A stretch of 64,000 nucleotides of DNA from Flavobacteriales bacterium (GTDB taxonomy: Bacteria > Bacteroidota > Bacteroidia > Flavobacteriales_F > PHOS-HE28). The notes beneath the pieces were generated by a model. It was not told where the DNA came from and did not search any database. It worked only from the letters and a program-made list of their open reading frames with translations. The translations under genes and the position numbers were made by a program. The stretch is from the NCBI GenBank assembly GCA_016715895.1, contig JADJXH010000004.1:287522-351521 (forward strand). The letters are read 5' to 3'. Of the stretch, positions 19,072-29,352 are shown piece by piece (position 1 is the stretch's first letter; each line of letters starts with the position of its first letter).

Positions 19072-20193
19072 TTAGGATCCTGCCGCGGGTTCGAGGGCGC
19101 GTTCCCAGGCTTCGGTCTGTCGTCGGATGCTCTCCTGATGGACGGCGTTCATGAAGGCTTCGACGAAGGCCGGGCTGAGGCCTGAGCGGCGGCCCAGGTC
19201 GTGCTGGGCGGCCATGATGCGTTCCCAGCGCTCGGGCTGCAGGATGGCCACGTTGTGCTCCTTCTTGTACAACCCGATGCGTTCGGCGATGTCCAGGCGC
19301 TCGGCGAGCTTCTGGGCGATGTCCGCGTCCAGTTGGTCGATCTGATCGCGCAGTTCGTCCAAAAGATCCCGCAACCGGGGGCCCGGGGCTGCTTCGCGAT
19401 GCGCCAGACCGGCCAGAAGCGCGCCCAAGGCCTCAGGGGTCACCTGCTGATCGCCATCGCTCAGGGCGTGCTCCGGATCGGGGTGCGCCTCCACCATCAG
19501 CCCGCTGAAGTTGAGATCGAGCGCCTGCTGGGCCACATCGGCAAGCCGGTCGGGGTGGCCGGCGATGTGGCTGGGGTCGCACACCATGGGCAGCCCCGGG
19601 CAGGCGGCCATCAGCCGGATGGGGAACTCCCACATCGGGGTGTTGCGGAACGGGGTATGCCCCGACCAACTGAATCCGCGGTGCACGGCGGCCATGCGTC
19701 GGATGCCGGCGCGGTGCAGACGCTCCAGCGCACCCACCCACAAGGGCAGGTCCGGGTTGATGGGGTTCTTCACCAGCACGGGCACGTCCACCCCGGCAAG
19801 GGCGTCGGCGATGGCTTGGACGCTGAACGGATTGGGCGTGGTGCGGGCCCCCACCCAGAGCAGGTCGATCCCCGCCTTGAGCGCGGCCTCCACGTGGTGG
19901 GGTGTCGCCACCTCCGTGGCCACCAGCAATCCGGTGGCATCGGCCGCGGAACGCAGCCAGCGCAGCGCGGGTTCGCCGGCCCCCTCGAAGGCGCCGGGCC
20001 GGGTGCGCGGCTTCCACACCCCGGCGCGCAACACCCGTACACGGGGGGCATGCCGCCGGATGCCTGCGGCCACGGCCATCACCTGCTCCTCGCTTTCGGC
20101 ACTGCACGGTCCCGCGATGTGCAGTGGACGCTCCAAACCCAGACCCCATTGGTCCAGGGGGAGCGGGTCCAGTTCCGGCGTAAGGCGGCTCAT
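19072..20193 (-). CDS. Bifunctional 3-deoxy-7-phosphoheptulonate (DAHP) synthase / chorismate mutase
   Basis: N-terminal ~270 aa of a KDO8P/DAHPS class I-beta TIM barrel ('LHIAGPCSAESEEQV', 'VCDPSHIAG'). C-terminal ~90 aa helical AroQ-type chorismate mutase ('LRDLLDELRDQIDQLDADIAQKLAERLDIAERIGLYKKEH'). Confidence 0.8.
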   Translation of the reverse strand: MSRLTPELDPLPLDQWGLGLERPLHIAGPCSAESEEQVMAVAAGIRRHAPRVRVLRAGVWKPRTRPGAFEGAGEPALRWLRSAADATGLLVATEVATPHHVEAALKAGIDLLWVGARTTPNPFSVQAIADALAGVDVPVLVKNPINPDLPLWVGALERLHRAGIRRMAAVHRGFSWSGHTPFRNTPMWEFPIRLMAACPGLPMVCDPSHIAGHPDRLADVAQQALDLNFSGLMVEAHPDPEHALSDGDQQVTPEALGALLAGLAHREAAPGPRLRDLLDELRDQIDQLDADIAQKLAERLDIAERIGLYKKEHNVAILQPERWERIMAAQHDLGRRSGLSPAFVEAFMNAVHQESIRRQTEAWERALEPAAGS

Positions 20194-20251
20194 GCTGCAA
20201 AAGTAGACCGCTGTCCCCGGGACATTGTTCGCGGCGTGGGCCCAGGCCGGA

Positions 20252-21202
20252 TCAGTCCTTGACCAGGTTGTACAGCGCGGTAAGGTCCGGGGTGAGGATC
20301 ACTTCGATGCGGCGGTTCTTCGATTTATCGGCCGGGTCCACCGGCACGAACTCGCTCCGCCCCGCCGCCGTGATCCGTCGCGGTTCGATCGCGCTGCCCT
20401 CCTGGAGGATGCGCACCACGCTCGTGGCGCGTTCCACACTGAGCTCCCAGTTGTCCTTGTAGGTGCTGCCCGGCAGGATCTTGTCCGTATCGGTGTGGCC
20501 CTCCACCAGGATGCTGATGTCGCGGTCGGACTCGATGGCCTTGGCCAGTTTCACCAGGGCGTCGCGCCCCTGCTTGTCCACCGTGGCGCTTCCGCTGGGG
20601 AAGAGCAGCTTGTTCTCCAGGCTCACGTGAATGCGCCCGTCGCGCTGCTCCACGGTGAGGCCCTTGCCCTCGAACCCGGTGAGCGCCCGGCTCACACGGT
20701 CCTTCAGGTCGCGCATGGCCGCGTCCTTGCGGTCCAGCTCGGACTGCAGTTCCGACAACCGGGCCTCGCGCTCGGCCAGGCGCTTGCTGCTGCGGGCGAT
20801 GGAGTCCTCCTTGTTCTGGAGGTCGAGGCGCAGGGCCTCCAGATCGGTGAGCAGTTTGCGGTTCTCGCTGCGGTCGCCCGCGAGCAGCTTGTTGTACTTG
20901 TCCAGGAGCTCGTCGTTCAGTGCATTGATCTTGTCATACTGCTGCTGCATCTTCCGCAGGGAGGTGCCCAGCGTGGTGGTGTCCTGCTCCAAGAGCTTCA
21001 CACGACGCTTCAGGTCGCTCATCTCGTTGGCCTGGGCGTCCAGGGTCGCCTGGGCGTCACGCGCTTTCGCCAGCGCGGCCTCGGATTCGGTGCGCATGGC
21101 GTCCATGGAGGACTGGAGCTCCTCGTACTTGCGTTGCGGCACGCAGGCGGTGAACAACAGGGTGAACACGAGGGCGGCCGGGGCGATGGAACGAAGCTTC
21201 AT
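20252..21202 (-). CDS. OmpA/MotB-family lipoprotein with long coiled-coil stalk
   Basis: Lipobox 'LLFTAC'. About 200 aa of heptad-rich coiled coil. C-terminal OmpA_C domain 'ILVEGHTDTD...NWELSVERATSVVRIL...NRRIEVIL'. Start set at the ATG giving MKLRSIAPAALV. Confidence 0.8.
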   Translation of the reverse strand: MKLRSIAPAALVFTLLFTACVPQRKYEELQSSMDAMRTESEAALAKARDAQATLDAQANEMSDLKRRVKLLEQDTTTLGTSLRKMQQQYDKINALNDELLDKYNKLLAGDRSENRKLLTDLEALRLDLQNKEDSIARSSKRLAEREARLSELQSELDRKDAAMRDLKDRVSRALTGFEGKGLTVEQRDGRIHVSLENKLLFPSGSATVDKQGRDALVKLAKAIESDRDISILVEGHTDTDKILPGSTYKDNWELSVERATSVVRILQEGSAIEPRRITAAGRSEFVPVDPADKSKNRRIEVILTPDLTALYNLVKD

Positions 21203-21300
21203 GACATTACCTTTCGGTTCACACAAAGGTCCCGCCCCCCCGCGTGCGCCATCACCAGGGAGCAACCTTTTTTGTGAACACGCCGTTCATCGTACAAGCC

Positions 21301-22044
21301 ATGGCCCAAGCCCAGCTGCCCAAGGACTGGATCCTGATCCCGGCGATCGACCGGGAATTGAAGCACTATACCCTGCTGGCCTACCTGCAACGGGTCCGGC
21401 AGCGGTTCGCCGAGCGCAAGCTCTACCCCTACCTGCTGGATGTGGCCGACCACCTGAACGACCTGCTCGAACTACAGCAGCGCGCGGAGGGTCTGCGGGC
21501 CACCATGCCGCGGGACATCACCGGGCTAGACCCGCGCACGGGCACCGTGGCGTATGCCCCGCTGCCCGAGCCGACCGGTGCGCTGGGGGTGATCGATGAG
21601 GTGATCGACGATGCCGTTCCGGAGCTGCGCGACCACCTGGCCCAGGGCAGCGAGCTGCGCGAGCGCATCCGCGAGCACATCCAGTTCGGGCCGGTGGGGG
21701 TGCTTCCGCTCGATCCGCGCGCGGGCTACCTGCTGCTTCGCCAGGGCCCTGAGGCGCGCATCTACACCTATTCGGTCTCGCTGCTGCGTGATGCGGATGT
21801 CGACCTGCACTGGCGCAGCGTGGTGACGCACTACGTGGGCAGCCGGCCCCTGGGTCTGCGCACCACGTACGAGGTGATCCGCGCGGAGCTCATCGCCGGC
21901 CGGCCGCACCTGCCGGTGCCGGCCACCTTCGGCTTCGAGTGCGACTGGGAGGTGCCGCACATCGAGACCTTCATGCCGCTCGCCAAGCAGCTGGTGCACC
22001 GCTTCATCGCCACGGAAGTGGCGGGGGACCGGTTCAGCGGCTGA
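21301..22044 (+). CDS. Conserved hypothetical protein (no recognisable domain)
   Basis: Coding-like composition. Start could be 21244 (ORF track) or 21301 (MAQAQLPKDW). Not similar to any family I can name. Confidence 0.4.
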   Translation: MAQAQLPKDWILIPAIDRELKHYTLLAYLQRVRQRFAERKLYPYLLDVADHLNDLLELQQRAEGLRATMPRDITGLDPRTGTVAYAPLPEPTGALGVIDEVIDDAVPELRDHLAQGSELRERIREHIQFGPVGVLPLDPRAGYLLLRQGPEARIYTYSVSLLRDADVDLHWRSVVTHYVGSRPLGLRTTYEVIRAELIAGRPHLPVPATFGFECDWEVPHIETFMPLAKQLVHRFIATEVAGDRFSG

Positions 22045-23767
22045 CGCCGGGATCGGACCACACGCGGCCCAGGTCGCGCAGGTCCATCGCGTTCAAGGGC
22101 ATGTCCCGCACATCGGGTCGCAGCAACCGGATGGTACGCTCGTGGTAGAGCGGGGTCACCGGCGCATCGGCCATGGCCTTGTTCTCCGCGGCAGCATAGA
22201 GCTGCATGCGCCGGGCGTCATCCACGGTGCGCTGCGCTTCGGCGAAGAGGGAGTCGAAGCGCGCATCGGCATAGCGGGTGGTGTTCAGGTAGGTGGGCAG
22301 GGCCGTGTCCGCCTGGGCGTTCTTGCCGTACAGCAGGGAGAGGAAGTTCTCGGCGTCCGGCAGGTCGGCCACCCAGCCTTCGCGCCAGAAGCGTGCGCGT
22401 CCGCGCTCGATGGACGTGTAGTGCTGGTCCATGGGCAGTACGGACAGGATGAGGGGCACGCCGAGATGGCGCTGCAGCATGTCCTGCACGGCCTCCGCCA
22501 CCTGGATGTACCCAAAGCCGGGGCTGGCGTTCAGCACCACCTGGGGAAAGCCCTTCCCGCCGGGGAAGCCGGCCTCGGCCAGGAGCGCCCGCGCCGCCTC
22601 GGGGTCGAACCCGTGCCCGGCGACAACATCGTAGGGGTAACCGGACAGGCCGGGCGCCACCAGGCCATGCTCGGCGGGCACGGCCAGCCCGCCCAGCACA
22701 CTGTCCACCAGATAGCGCCGGTCGATCGCGAGGCTGAAGGCCCGGCGCACCCGGGGGTCCTCGAACGGGGGGGCGTGCAGGTTGAAGCCATAGAACTGCA
22801 CCGCCGAACCCGGGACGGACTGGAGGATGAACCGCTTCCGGCCGGACGCATCCACCGAGTCCTTCACCAAGCCGAGGCGGTCCACCGGCAGTTCGGTGAG
22901 GCAGGACAGGCGCCCGGCGAGGAAGGCCTCAAGCTCCTTGTTCTTGTCGGGGTCGAGGGTGATGCGGACGGCATCGAGGAAGGGAAGCGGGTTGCCATGC
23001 TCGTCGCGGTCCCAGTGATCGGGGTCGCGCTCCAGCACGAAGGCCTCGGCCGGCGAATAGGTGCGCAACTTGAACGGTCCCGTGCCGATGGCGTGCGCCA
23101 TCAGGTCATCACCGTAGGCCTCCACCAACTGCCGCGGATAGATCCAGCAGCCCTGGTGCGCCAGCACCTGCAGGAAACCGGCGTTGGGGTGGGCCAGCTT
23201 GATGCGGAAGGTGTGCCGATCAAGCACCTCAAGCCCGGCGATGGGCGCTTCCCGGTCGCCGCCGGCGGCGGTGTTCGCATAGTGGGTGTTGGCGCCGAGC
23301 ACCTTGTCCTGGAACAACCAGAACATGCGGTTCTCAGGGTCGGCCGTGCACAACGCGCGGAAGCAGTACAGGACGTCCTCCGCGTCCACCAGGCGGTCGT
23401 CCTCGGAGGTCAGCGCCGGATCCGCGTGGAAGCGGACGTCCTTGCGCAGGTATAGGGTGAAGGTGGTGGCGTCGGCATCCACCTCCCAGCGTTCGGCCAG
23501 GCAGGGCAGCACCTTCAGGTCGGCCGGATCGAAGCGCACCAGGCCTTGATAGATCTGCGAGGCGATGCGATGCTCGGCGGCCTGGGAGAGATGGAGCGGG
23601 AAGATGCTGCGCACCCCGCCGGCCTCGTTCATGTTGAAGACCCCGCCGTACTGCTTGCCTCCTTGAACGCGCCGAACGCGGTCCTCACCGTCGCCACCGC
23701 AGGCCATCAGCAGGGCCAGGGCCGCGGTGCACAACAGCCACGGGTTCCGTGCGTTCTCCAAGGTCAC
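22034..23767 (-). CDS. ABC transporter substrate-binding lipoprotein, family 5 (peptide/nickel-type SBP)
   Basis: Lipoprotein signal 'LLCTAALALLMACGG' (GTG start). About 575 aa with SBP_bac_5-like length and motifs ('YLRKDVRFHADPALTSEDV', 'GTGPFKL'). Confidence 0.65.
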   Translation of the reverse strand: MTLENARNPWLLCTAALALLMACGGDGEDRVRRVQGGKQYGGVFNMNEAGGVRSIFPLHLSQAAEHRIASQIYQGLVRFDPADLKVLPCLAERWEVDADATTFTLYLRKDVRFHADPALTSEDDRLVDAEDVLYCFRALCTADPENRMFWLFQDKVLGANTHYANTAAGGDREAPIAGLEVLDRHTFRIKLAHPNAGFLQVLAHQGCWIYPRQLVEAYGDDLMAHAIGTGPFKLRTYSPAEAFVLERDPDHWDRDEHGNPLPFLDAVRITLDPDKNKELEAFLAGRLSCLTELPVDRLGLVKDSVDASGRKRFILQSVPGSAVQFYGFNLHAPPFEDPRVRRAFSLAIDRRYLVDSVLGGLAVPAEHGLVAPGLSGYPYDVVAGHGFDPEAARALLAEAGFPGGKGFPQVVLNASPGFGYIQVAEAVQDMLQRHLGVPLILSVLPMDQHYTSIERGRARFWREGWVADLPDAENFLSLLYGKNAQADTALPTYLNTTRYADARFDSLFAEAQRTVDDARRMQLYAAAENKAMADAPVTPLYHERTIRLLRPDVRDMPLNAMDLRDLGRVWSDPGVSR

Positions 23768-23838
23768 CGGCCAAATGTACCCGGGCCCTCAGCGGAAGGT
23801 CAGCGGCCTCCGGGCCGCTCATCAACGATCGGATCTTG

Positions 23839-26800
23839 ATGGGCACCGGCTGCGTGAACGGGCTGGGTAATTTTCCGCCCTTGGGGCGCCACCCTTCCAC
23901 CACCGCACCACGTCCGGCCCGTTCCCGGGGGGTCGTGCTCCTGCCCCTGCTGCTGGTGCTGGTGCCGGCGCTGCAGGTCCTGGGTCAGGGCCCCGGTGAC
24001 AACCGGCGCACGCGCAGCATCGTGCTCACCGGCGACACCCTCGTGCTCGACACCCTGAGCATCGCACCGGGCAGCCTTTCCCTGTGGCGGGCAGGCGTCG
24101 AGATGCCGTCCACCGACCACTGGCTCGACCCCTACCGCGCCAGGCTCTGGGTGATCGGCGGCGCGGTCGGCGACACGCTCATCGCCCGGTACCGGGTGTG
24201 GCCCCTGCTCTTCGCCGGTGAACGGCGGCACAAGGACCGCATGCGGCTGCTGAGCGAGGACCCCGACCGGCGGGACCCGTTCAAGTACGAGGCGCCCTCG
24301 CAGCGCGAGGACCTCTTCGGCAACGCCGGCCTCAACAAGAGCGGCAGCATCTCGCGCGGCATCCTCTTCGGCAACAACCAGGACCTGTCGGTGAACTCCT
24401 CGCTGAACCTGGAGCTGAGCGGCCGCATCACGGACCGCATCCAGGTGCAGGCCTCGATCACGGACAACAACATCCCCATCCAGGCCGAGGGGAACACCCT
24501 GGAGCTGCAGGACTTCGACCAGGTGTTCATCAAGCTGTTCGAGGAGAACTGGGAGCTGATCGCCGGCGACTTCGTGCTTCAGCGCCCGAACAGCCACTTC
24601 CTCACCTACCTCAAGAAGTCGAAGGGCCTCTCGTTCAACACCCGCATCAAGGGTGCGAAGGCCACCAATGCGCTGGGCACCTCCGTCGCGATCTCCAAGG
24701 GCAAGTTCGCCCGCAATGTCATCCAGGGGGTCGAAGGCGTGCAGGGCCCCTACCGCCTGCGCGGTGATGCCGGTGAGACCTTCATCATCATCCTTTCGGG
24801 CACCGAGCGTGTGTTCATCGACGGCCAGCAACTGGTGCGCGGCCAGGAGAACGACTACGTGATCGACTACAACACCGCCGAGCTCACCTTCACCGCCCGC
24901 CGCCTGATCACCAAGGACCGCCGCATCACGGTGGAGTTCCAGTATTCGGACCGCAACTACATGCGCACGCTGGTGCGGCTGGACGACACCTGGACGCGCG
25001 GCCGGACGACGCTGCGGCTCAATGTGTTCAGCGAGCAGGACCACAAGGGGCAGCCGCTGCAGCAGGACCTCACGGACGAGGAGCAACGGGCCCTTGCCGA
25101 AGCGGGCGACGACCCCCTGGCCGCCGTGGCGCCCGGTGTGGATACCGTGGGCTACAACCCCGACCAGGTGCTGTACAAGGCGGTGGACTCCCTGGGCTAC
25201 AGCCCGGTGTACGTGTACAGCACCTCACCGGACAGCGCGCGGTACCGCATCACCTTTTCCACCGTCGGAGCCGGGCTGGGCGATTATGTGCAGCAGGAGT
25301 TCACGCCCAACGGCCGGGTGTTCCGCTGGGTGGCGCCGGACACGGTGGGCGGTGCCATCGTGCGGCGCGGTGACCATGCCCCGGTGCGTGTGCTGATCCC
25401 GCCCCGCTCCCAACAAGTGGTGACCCTGGGCGCGGACCACAGCACCGCCGGCGGGCTGAGGCTGAGCACCGAACTGGCCTACGGCCGCTACGACCGCAAC
25501 ACCTTCAGCAGCCGGGATGCGGCGGACGACCAGGCCTTCGCCGCACGGGTGAAGGCGGACCAGGCCATCCCCCTGCGTGCGGCCGACAGCACCTGGGCGC
25601 TGGAGCTGGGGCTGGAGACCGAGGCGCTCACCGCCTCCTTCACCCCCGTGGAACGGTACCGTGCGGTGGAGTTCGAGCGCAACTGGAACGCCGTGGGCCG
25701 TCCGCTCGACGGCGACCAACTGCTGGCCGGTTTGGGCGTGGGCCTTCGGGCGGGCAAGGCCGGTCGCCTTCGCTATGTGATCAACACCTTTCAGGTGCGC
25801 GACCGCTACGCCGGATGGCGCCACGACCTGATCAGCGACCTGCACCCCGGCCGCTTCGACCTCACCGGCACCGCCAGCCTGCTGACCACCACGGACCCGG
25901 TGCGCACCGAGTTCATGCGGCACAAGGCCCGGCTGGCGCGGCGCATGCGCTGGTTCACCATCGGCGTGCAGGATGAGCACGAGCGCAACCGCTTTCGGGC
26001 GGACACGGGCTCGGCCCTGCTGGCCGGCAGCTATCAGTTCTATGACTGGGAGGCCTTCATCCAGAGCCGCGACACGGCCCGCACCACCTTCCGCGTGGGC
26101 GGCGGCCAACGCTACGACCAGGGCCTGCGGGACGGCGGGCTCGCCCGCAGCACCGTGGCCACGGCCGGCACGGCCACCCTGGGCGTGGGCCGCGATGCCC
26201 GCCACCGGCTGGCCACCACCTTCACCTACCGGCAGCTCCGCATCGTGGACAGCACCCTCACCACCCAGCGGCCGGAGGACACCTACCTGATGCGCATCGA
26301 CCACGACCTCACCCTGGGCAAGGGCGTGGCCGTGTGGGACCTGTTCTATGAGCTGGGGTCGGGGCTGGAGCAGCAGCGCGAGTTCCTCTACGTGGAGGTG
26401 CCCGCCGGGCAGGGCCTGTACATCTGGAACGACTACAACGGCAACGGCATCAAGGAGCTCAACGAGTTCGAGCAGGCCAACTTCGGCTACGAGGCCAACT
26501 ACGTGCGCGTGTTCGTACCCAGCAACACCTACTCGCGCACCTTCAGCAACCAGCTCAGCGCCTCGCTGGACCTGCGGCCGTCGGTGGCCTGGGGCGGGCG
26601 CACGGGCATCCGCCGGTTCATCGCCAAGTTCTCCGACCTGGCCTCCTTTCGCAGCGACCGCAAGACGAGCACCGATGACCTGGGGCAGGCGCTCGACCCC
26701 TTCCGCATCGATCCGGCGGATACGCTGCTCACCGCCTTCACGAGCTCGCTGCGCAACACCCTGTTCTACGACCGCACCAGCCCCAAGTGGAGCGTGGACC

Positions 26801-27384
26801 ACACCTTCCAGAGCGACCGCACGAAGACCCTGTTGTTGAACGGCTTCGAATCACGGCTACGCGAGCTGAACCAGGTGCGCATCCGCTGGAACGCCACCCA
26901 GCAGTGGACAGCCGACCTGGAGAGTGAGGCCGGGCGGGTGGCCAACGCCTCCGATCTGCTGAGCGGCCGCACGTACAGCATCCGCCAGTACACCACCCGG
27001 CCACGGATCACCTGGAGGCCCAACACCGACCTGCGCGCAGCCTTGAGCTACCGCTACACCGACAAGCTGAACCGCGAGGAACTGGGCGGTGAGGCCGCCA
27101 CCGTGCAGAACCTGGGTCTGGAGGCCCGCTGGAACACCGCCGGCAAGGGCAGCATCCAGCTCAACCTGGACCTGGTGGACATCCGCTACGACGGCGACCC
27201 CAACACCAGCCTGGGCAACGAGATGCTCGCGGGCCTGAAGGTGGGCACCAACTGGACCTGGAGCCTCAGCATCCAACGGCGGCTGAACCAGAACCTGCAG
27301 GTGGACATCACCTACAACGGACGCAAGAGCGAGAACACCCCTGCGGTGCACGTGGGCGGCGCGCAGATCCGCGCCTTCTTCTGA
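23839..27384 (+). CDS. sprA: SprA-like T9SS/gliding outer-membrane protein (N-terminal SprA-type region; about half the canonical length)
   Basis: 'GNNQDLSVNSSLNLELSGRITDRIQVQASITDNNIPIQAEGNTLELQDFDQVFIKLFEENWELIAGDF' resembles the conserved SprA N-terminal repeat region. Ends in a terminal Phe (IRAFF), as beta-barrel OMPs do. Start ambiguous (GTG 23749, ATG 23839, or an internal TTG/GTG before 'VVLLPLLLVLVPALQVLGQ'). Confidence 0.5.
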   Translation: MGTGCVNGLGNFPPLGRHPSTTAPRPARSRGVVLLPLLLVLVPALQVLGQGPGDNRRTRSIVLTGDTLVLDTLSIAPGSLSLWRAGVEMPSTDHWLDPYRARLWVIGGAVGDTLIARYRVWPLLFAGERRHKDRMRLLSEDPDRRDPFKYEAPSQREDLFGNAGLNKSGSISRGILFGNNQDLSVNSSLNLELSGRITDRIQVQASITDNNIPIQAEGNTLELQDFDQVFIKLFEENWELIAGDFVLQRPNSHFLTYLKKSKGLSFNTRIKGAKATNALGTSVAISKGKFARNVIQGVEGVQGPYRLRGDAGETFIIILSGTERVFIDGQQLVRGQENDYVIDYNTAELTFTARRLITKDRRITVEFQYSDRNYMRTLVRLDDTWTRGRTTLRLNVFSEQDHKGQPLQQDLTDEEQRALAEAGDDPLAAVAPGVDTVGYNPDQVLYKAVDSLGYSPVYVYSTSPDSARYRITFSTVGAGLGDYVQQEFTPNGRVFRWVAPDTVGGAIVRRGDHAPVRVLIPPRSQQVVTLGADHSTAGGLRLSTELAYGRYDRNTFSSRDAADDQAFAARVKADQAIPLRAADSTWALELGLETEALTASFTPVERYRAVEFERNWNAVGRPLDGDQLLAGLGVGLRAGKAGRLRYVINTFQVRDRYAGWRHDLISDLHPGRFDLTGTASLLTTTDPVRTEFMRHKARLARRMRWFTIGVQDEHERNRFRADTGSALLAGSYQFYDWEAFIQSRDTARTTFRVGGGQRYDQGLRDGGLARSTVATAGTATLGVGRDARHRLATTFTYRQLRIVDSTLTTQRPEDTYLMRIDHDLTLGKGVAVWDLFYELGSGLEQQREFLYVEVPAGQGLYIWNDYNGNGIKELNEFEQANFGYEANYVRVFVPSNTYSRTFSNQLSASLDLRPSVAWGGRTGIRRFIAKFSDLASFRSDRKTSTDDLGQALDPFRIDPADTLLTAFTSSLRNTLFYDRTSPKWSVDHTFQSDRTKTLLLNGFESRLRELNQVRIRWNATQQWTADLESEAGRVANASDLLSGRTYSIRQYTTRPRITWRPNTDLRAALSYRYTDKLNREELGGEAATVQNLGLEARWNTAGKGSIQLNLDLVDIRYDGDPNTSLGNEMLAGLKVGTNWTWSLSIQRRLNQNLQVDITYNGRKSENTPAVHVGGAQIRAFF

Positions 27385-27398
27385 ACGCCTGGAACGCC

Positions 27399-28313
27399 CT
27401 ACTTCAGGTCGAAGGTGGCACGCCCCACCTTGCCCCCGCCCTCATACACCTCCACGATGTACTGACCGGTGGGCATCTCGCCGCTCGCGGTCCAGAACAT
27501 GCAGGCATCCACCGGCACGCCCTGATAGTTGACCTCACGCTTCACGCTGAACTCGCCCTCCACGCCCTCGAACTGGAAGCGGTTGTTGGACTCGCTGGCC
27601 GGCAGCACCTGGCCGTCCGGGCTGATGATGCGCATGTACAGCGTCTTGTCGCCGGTGCGGGCCACCCGGTTCTCCCCGATGGTGAAGCAGCACTTCACCA
27701 TCTCGGCCTTCTTGGCCCGGTCGGTGTCCACCTGCTTGCCGTTGTTGCGCAGCATCACGGCGCCGGCGCTCATGGTGGTGGCCGTGAGCACCGAGCCCTT
27801 GGCGATGAGGGCCTGCTGTTCAGCGGTCTGTTGCTCCAGCGCGTCCTTCTGTCCCTTCACGGTCCCCAGCTCCTGCGTCAGGTTGGCCTTGTCGGCGGTG
27901 AGCTGCAGATTCACCTGATTGAGCGAGTCGATGGTGGCCACATAGCCCTTCATGATCTTGCGCAGCGTGGCAGCCTCTTTCTGGGCCTTGGCGAGGCTGT
28001 AATTGCCCTTCTTCACCTGCTCCAGCAGGTTCTCGATCTGCTGCTTCTGGGCCTCCATCTCCACGTTCAGCTGCTCGTTCTCCGTCTCCAACGTGTCGTA
28101 CTGGGCCAGCATGTCCTCCAGCATGCGCGTCACGTTCTCCTTTTCACTCGTCACCTTCACCACCTCCCCCTGCGTCACTTCCTCCTGGCGCTTGCTCTGC
28201 ATGAGCAGATAGAGCATCACCACGTTGCTGATGAGCAGCAACACCACCAACGCCAGCAAGGCGACGTTGGAGCGGGGCTTGGCGGGTTGGGAGGGGCTGG
28301 AGGTCTGGTCCAT
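27399..28313 (-). CDS. Membrane-anchored coiled-coil protein (hypothetical)
   Basis: N-terminal TM 'VALLALVVLLLISNVVMLYLL', then ~150 aa of coiled coil and a C-terminal globular part. Start trimmed to the internal ATG, because the ORF-track start would overlap the divergent comF start. Confidence 0.45.
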   Translation of the reverse strand: MDQTSSPSQPAKPRSNVALLALVVLLLISNVVMLYLLMQSKRQEEVTQGEVVKVTSEKENVTRMLEDMLAQYDTLETENEQLNVEMEAQKQQIENLLEQVKKGNYSLAKAQKEAATLRKIMKGYVATIDSLNQVNLQLTADKANLTQELGTVKGQKDALEQQTAEQQALIAKGSVLTATTMSAGAVMLRNNGKQVDTDRAKKAEMVKCCFTIGENRVARTGDKTLYMRIISPDGQVLPASESNNRFQFEGVEGEFSVKREVNYQGVPVDACMFWTASGEMPTGQYIVEVYEGGGKVGRATFDLK

Positions 28314-28372
28314 GGGGGTTCGGGCTCGGGCGGCTAAATTACCCCCGTGATCAGCGGCCTTCAGGGCTTTCG

Positions 28373-29110
28373 ATGGCAATTATCAACACATCGACCGGGA
28401 TGGACCAGCGCTCGACGGCGGGCATCGGCCGGTGGGTGTTGGACGCCGTGGACCTGTTCCTGCCGCGCCGCTGCAGCGCCTGCGACCGTCCGCTGATGTC
28501 GCATGAGAAAGCCGTGTGTCTGCCCTGCGTGCACGACCTGCCGCGCACCGGCATGCACCTGCAGGCGGACAACCGGGTGGAGCGGCTCTTCCACGGCAAG
28601 GTGATGGTGGAGGCCGCCGCGGCCCTGCTCCAGTTCAACCGCCGGGGCCGCACCCAGCGGATGCTGCACCGCCTCAAGTACCAGGGTGACCACGCCGTGG
28701 GGCTCGAGATGGGCCGGTGGATGGCCGAAGCCCTGCGCGCCAGCCCCCGCTTCGCCACCGTGGACCACGTGATGGCCGTGCCGCTGCACCCGCAGCGGCT
28801 GCGCGAGCGCGGCTACAACCAGAGCCAGGTGCTGGTCGACGGCTTTCGCGAAGTGTGGCCCCTGCGCCTGCCCGACCAGGGGCTGATGCGCGTGGTGCGC
28901 ACCACCACCCAGACCCGCAAAGGCCGCTGGGAACGCTGGACCAACGTGAAGGAGGCCTTCGAGCTGGGCGATACCCGGTCGCTCGCCGGTGCGCATGTGC
29001 TGCTGGTCGATGATGTGGTCACCACGGGGGCCACCCTGGAAGGATGCATCCGTGCGTTGCTGCGCGTGCCCGACCTGCGGGTGAGCGTGTGCACGGCGGC
29101 GACGGCGTGA
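28373..29110 (+). CDS. comF: ComF-family protein (phosphoribosyltransferase domain; competence protein ComFC-like)
   Basis: N-terminal Zn-finger-like 'CSACDRPL...CLPCVHDL'. C-terminal PRTase motif 'HVLLVDDVVTTGATL'. Confidence 0.8.
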   Translation: MAIINTSTGMDQRSTAGIGRWVLDAVDLFLPRRCSACDRPLMSHEKAVCLPCVHDLPRTGMHLQADNRVERLFHGKVMVEAAAALLQFNRRGRTQRMLHRLKYQGDHAVGLEMGRWMAEALRASPRFATVDHVMAVPLHPQRLRERGYNQSQVLVDGFREVWPLRLPDQGLMRVVRTTTQTRKGRWERWTNVKEAFELGDTRSLAGAHVLLVDDVVTTGATLEGCIRALLRVPDLRVSVCTAATA

Positions 29111-29117
29111 GGGCGAT

Positions 29118-29352
29118 CAACCCATCACCGCAGGGCCTTCACCGATCGAACCGCACCGTTCGCTTCCTCCAAACGCGCCAGATACACGCCTGGTGCAGCT
29201 GCGGCCAGGTCCACCACGTGGCCGTCGCGGGCATGGCTTTGCATCAGCACCAAGCGGCCTTGCGCGTCCCACACGGCCAACTGGCCCACCACACCTGCCG
29301 GCAGCCGAAGCCGCCACTGGCCGGGCTCCAGGGGGATCAACCAGGGGGCTTC
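29118..29352. repeat. CTD-coding repeat copy A (~235 bp, ~80% identical to 30561..30795)
   Basis: DNA-level alignment, e.g. 'caccgcagggcctt[c/a]accgatcgaaccgcaccg...aacgcgccag[a/g]tacac...gggctccagggggatcaacca'. Confidence 0.8.

Noticed and set aside
23749-23838. GTG at 23749 as the SprA-like start (ORF-track start)
   Set aside because: It would put 30 non-signal-like residues (RSPRSPAKCTRALSGRSAAS...) ahead of the hydrophobic 'VVLLPLLLVLVPALQ' segment. A later ATG, TTG or GTG is more plausible, but this cannot be resolved from sequence alone.
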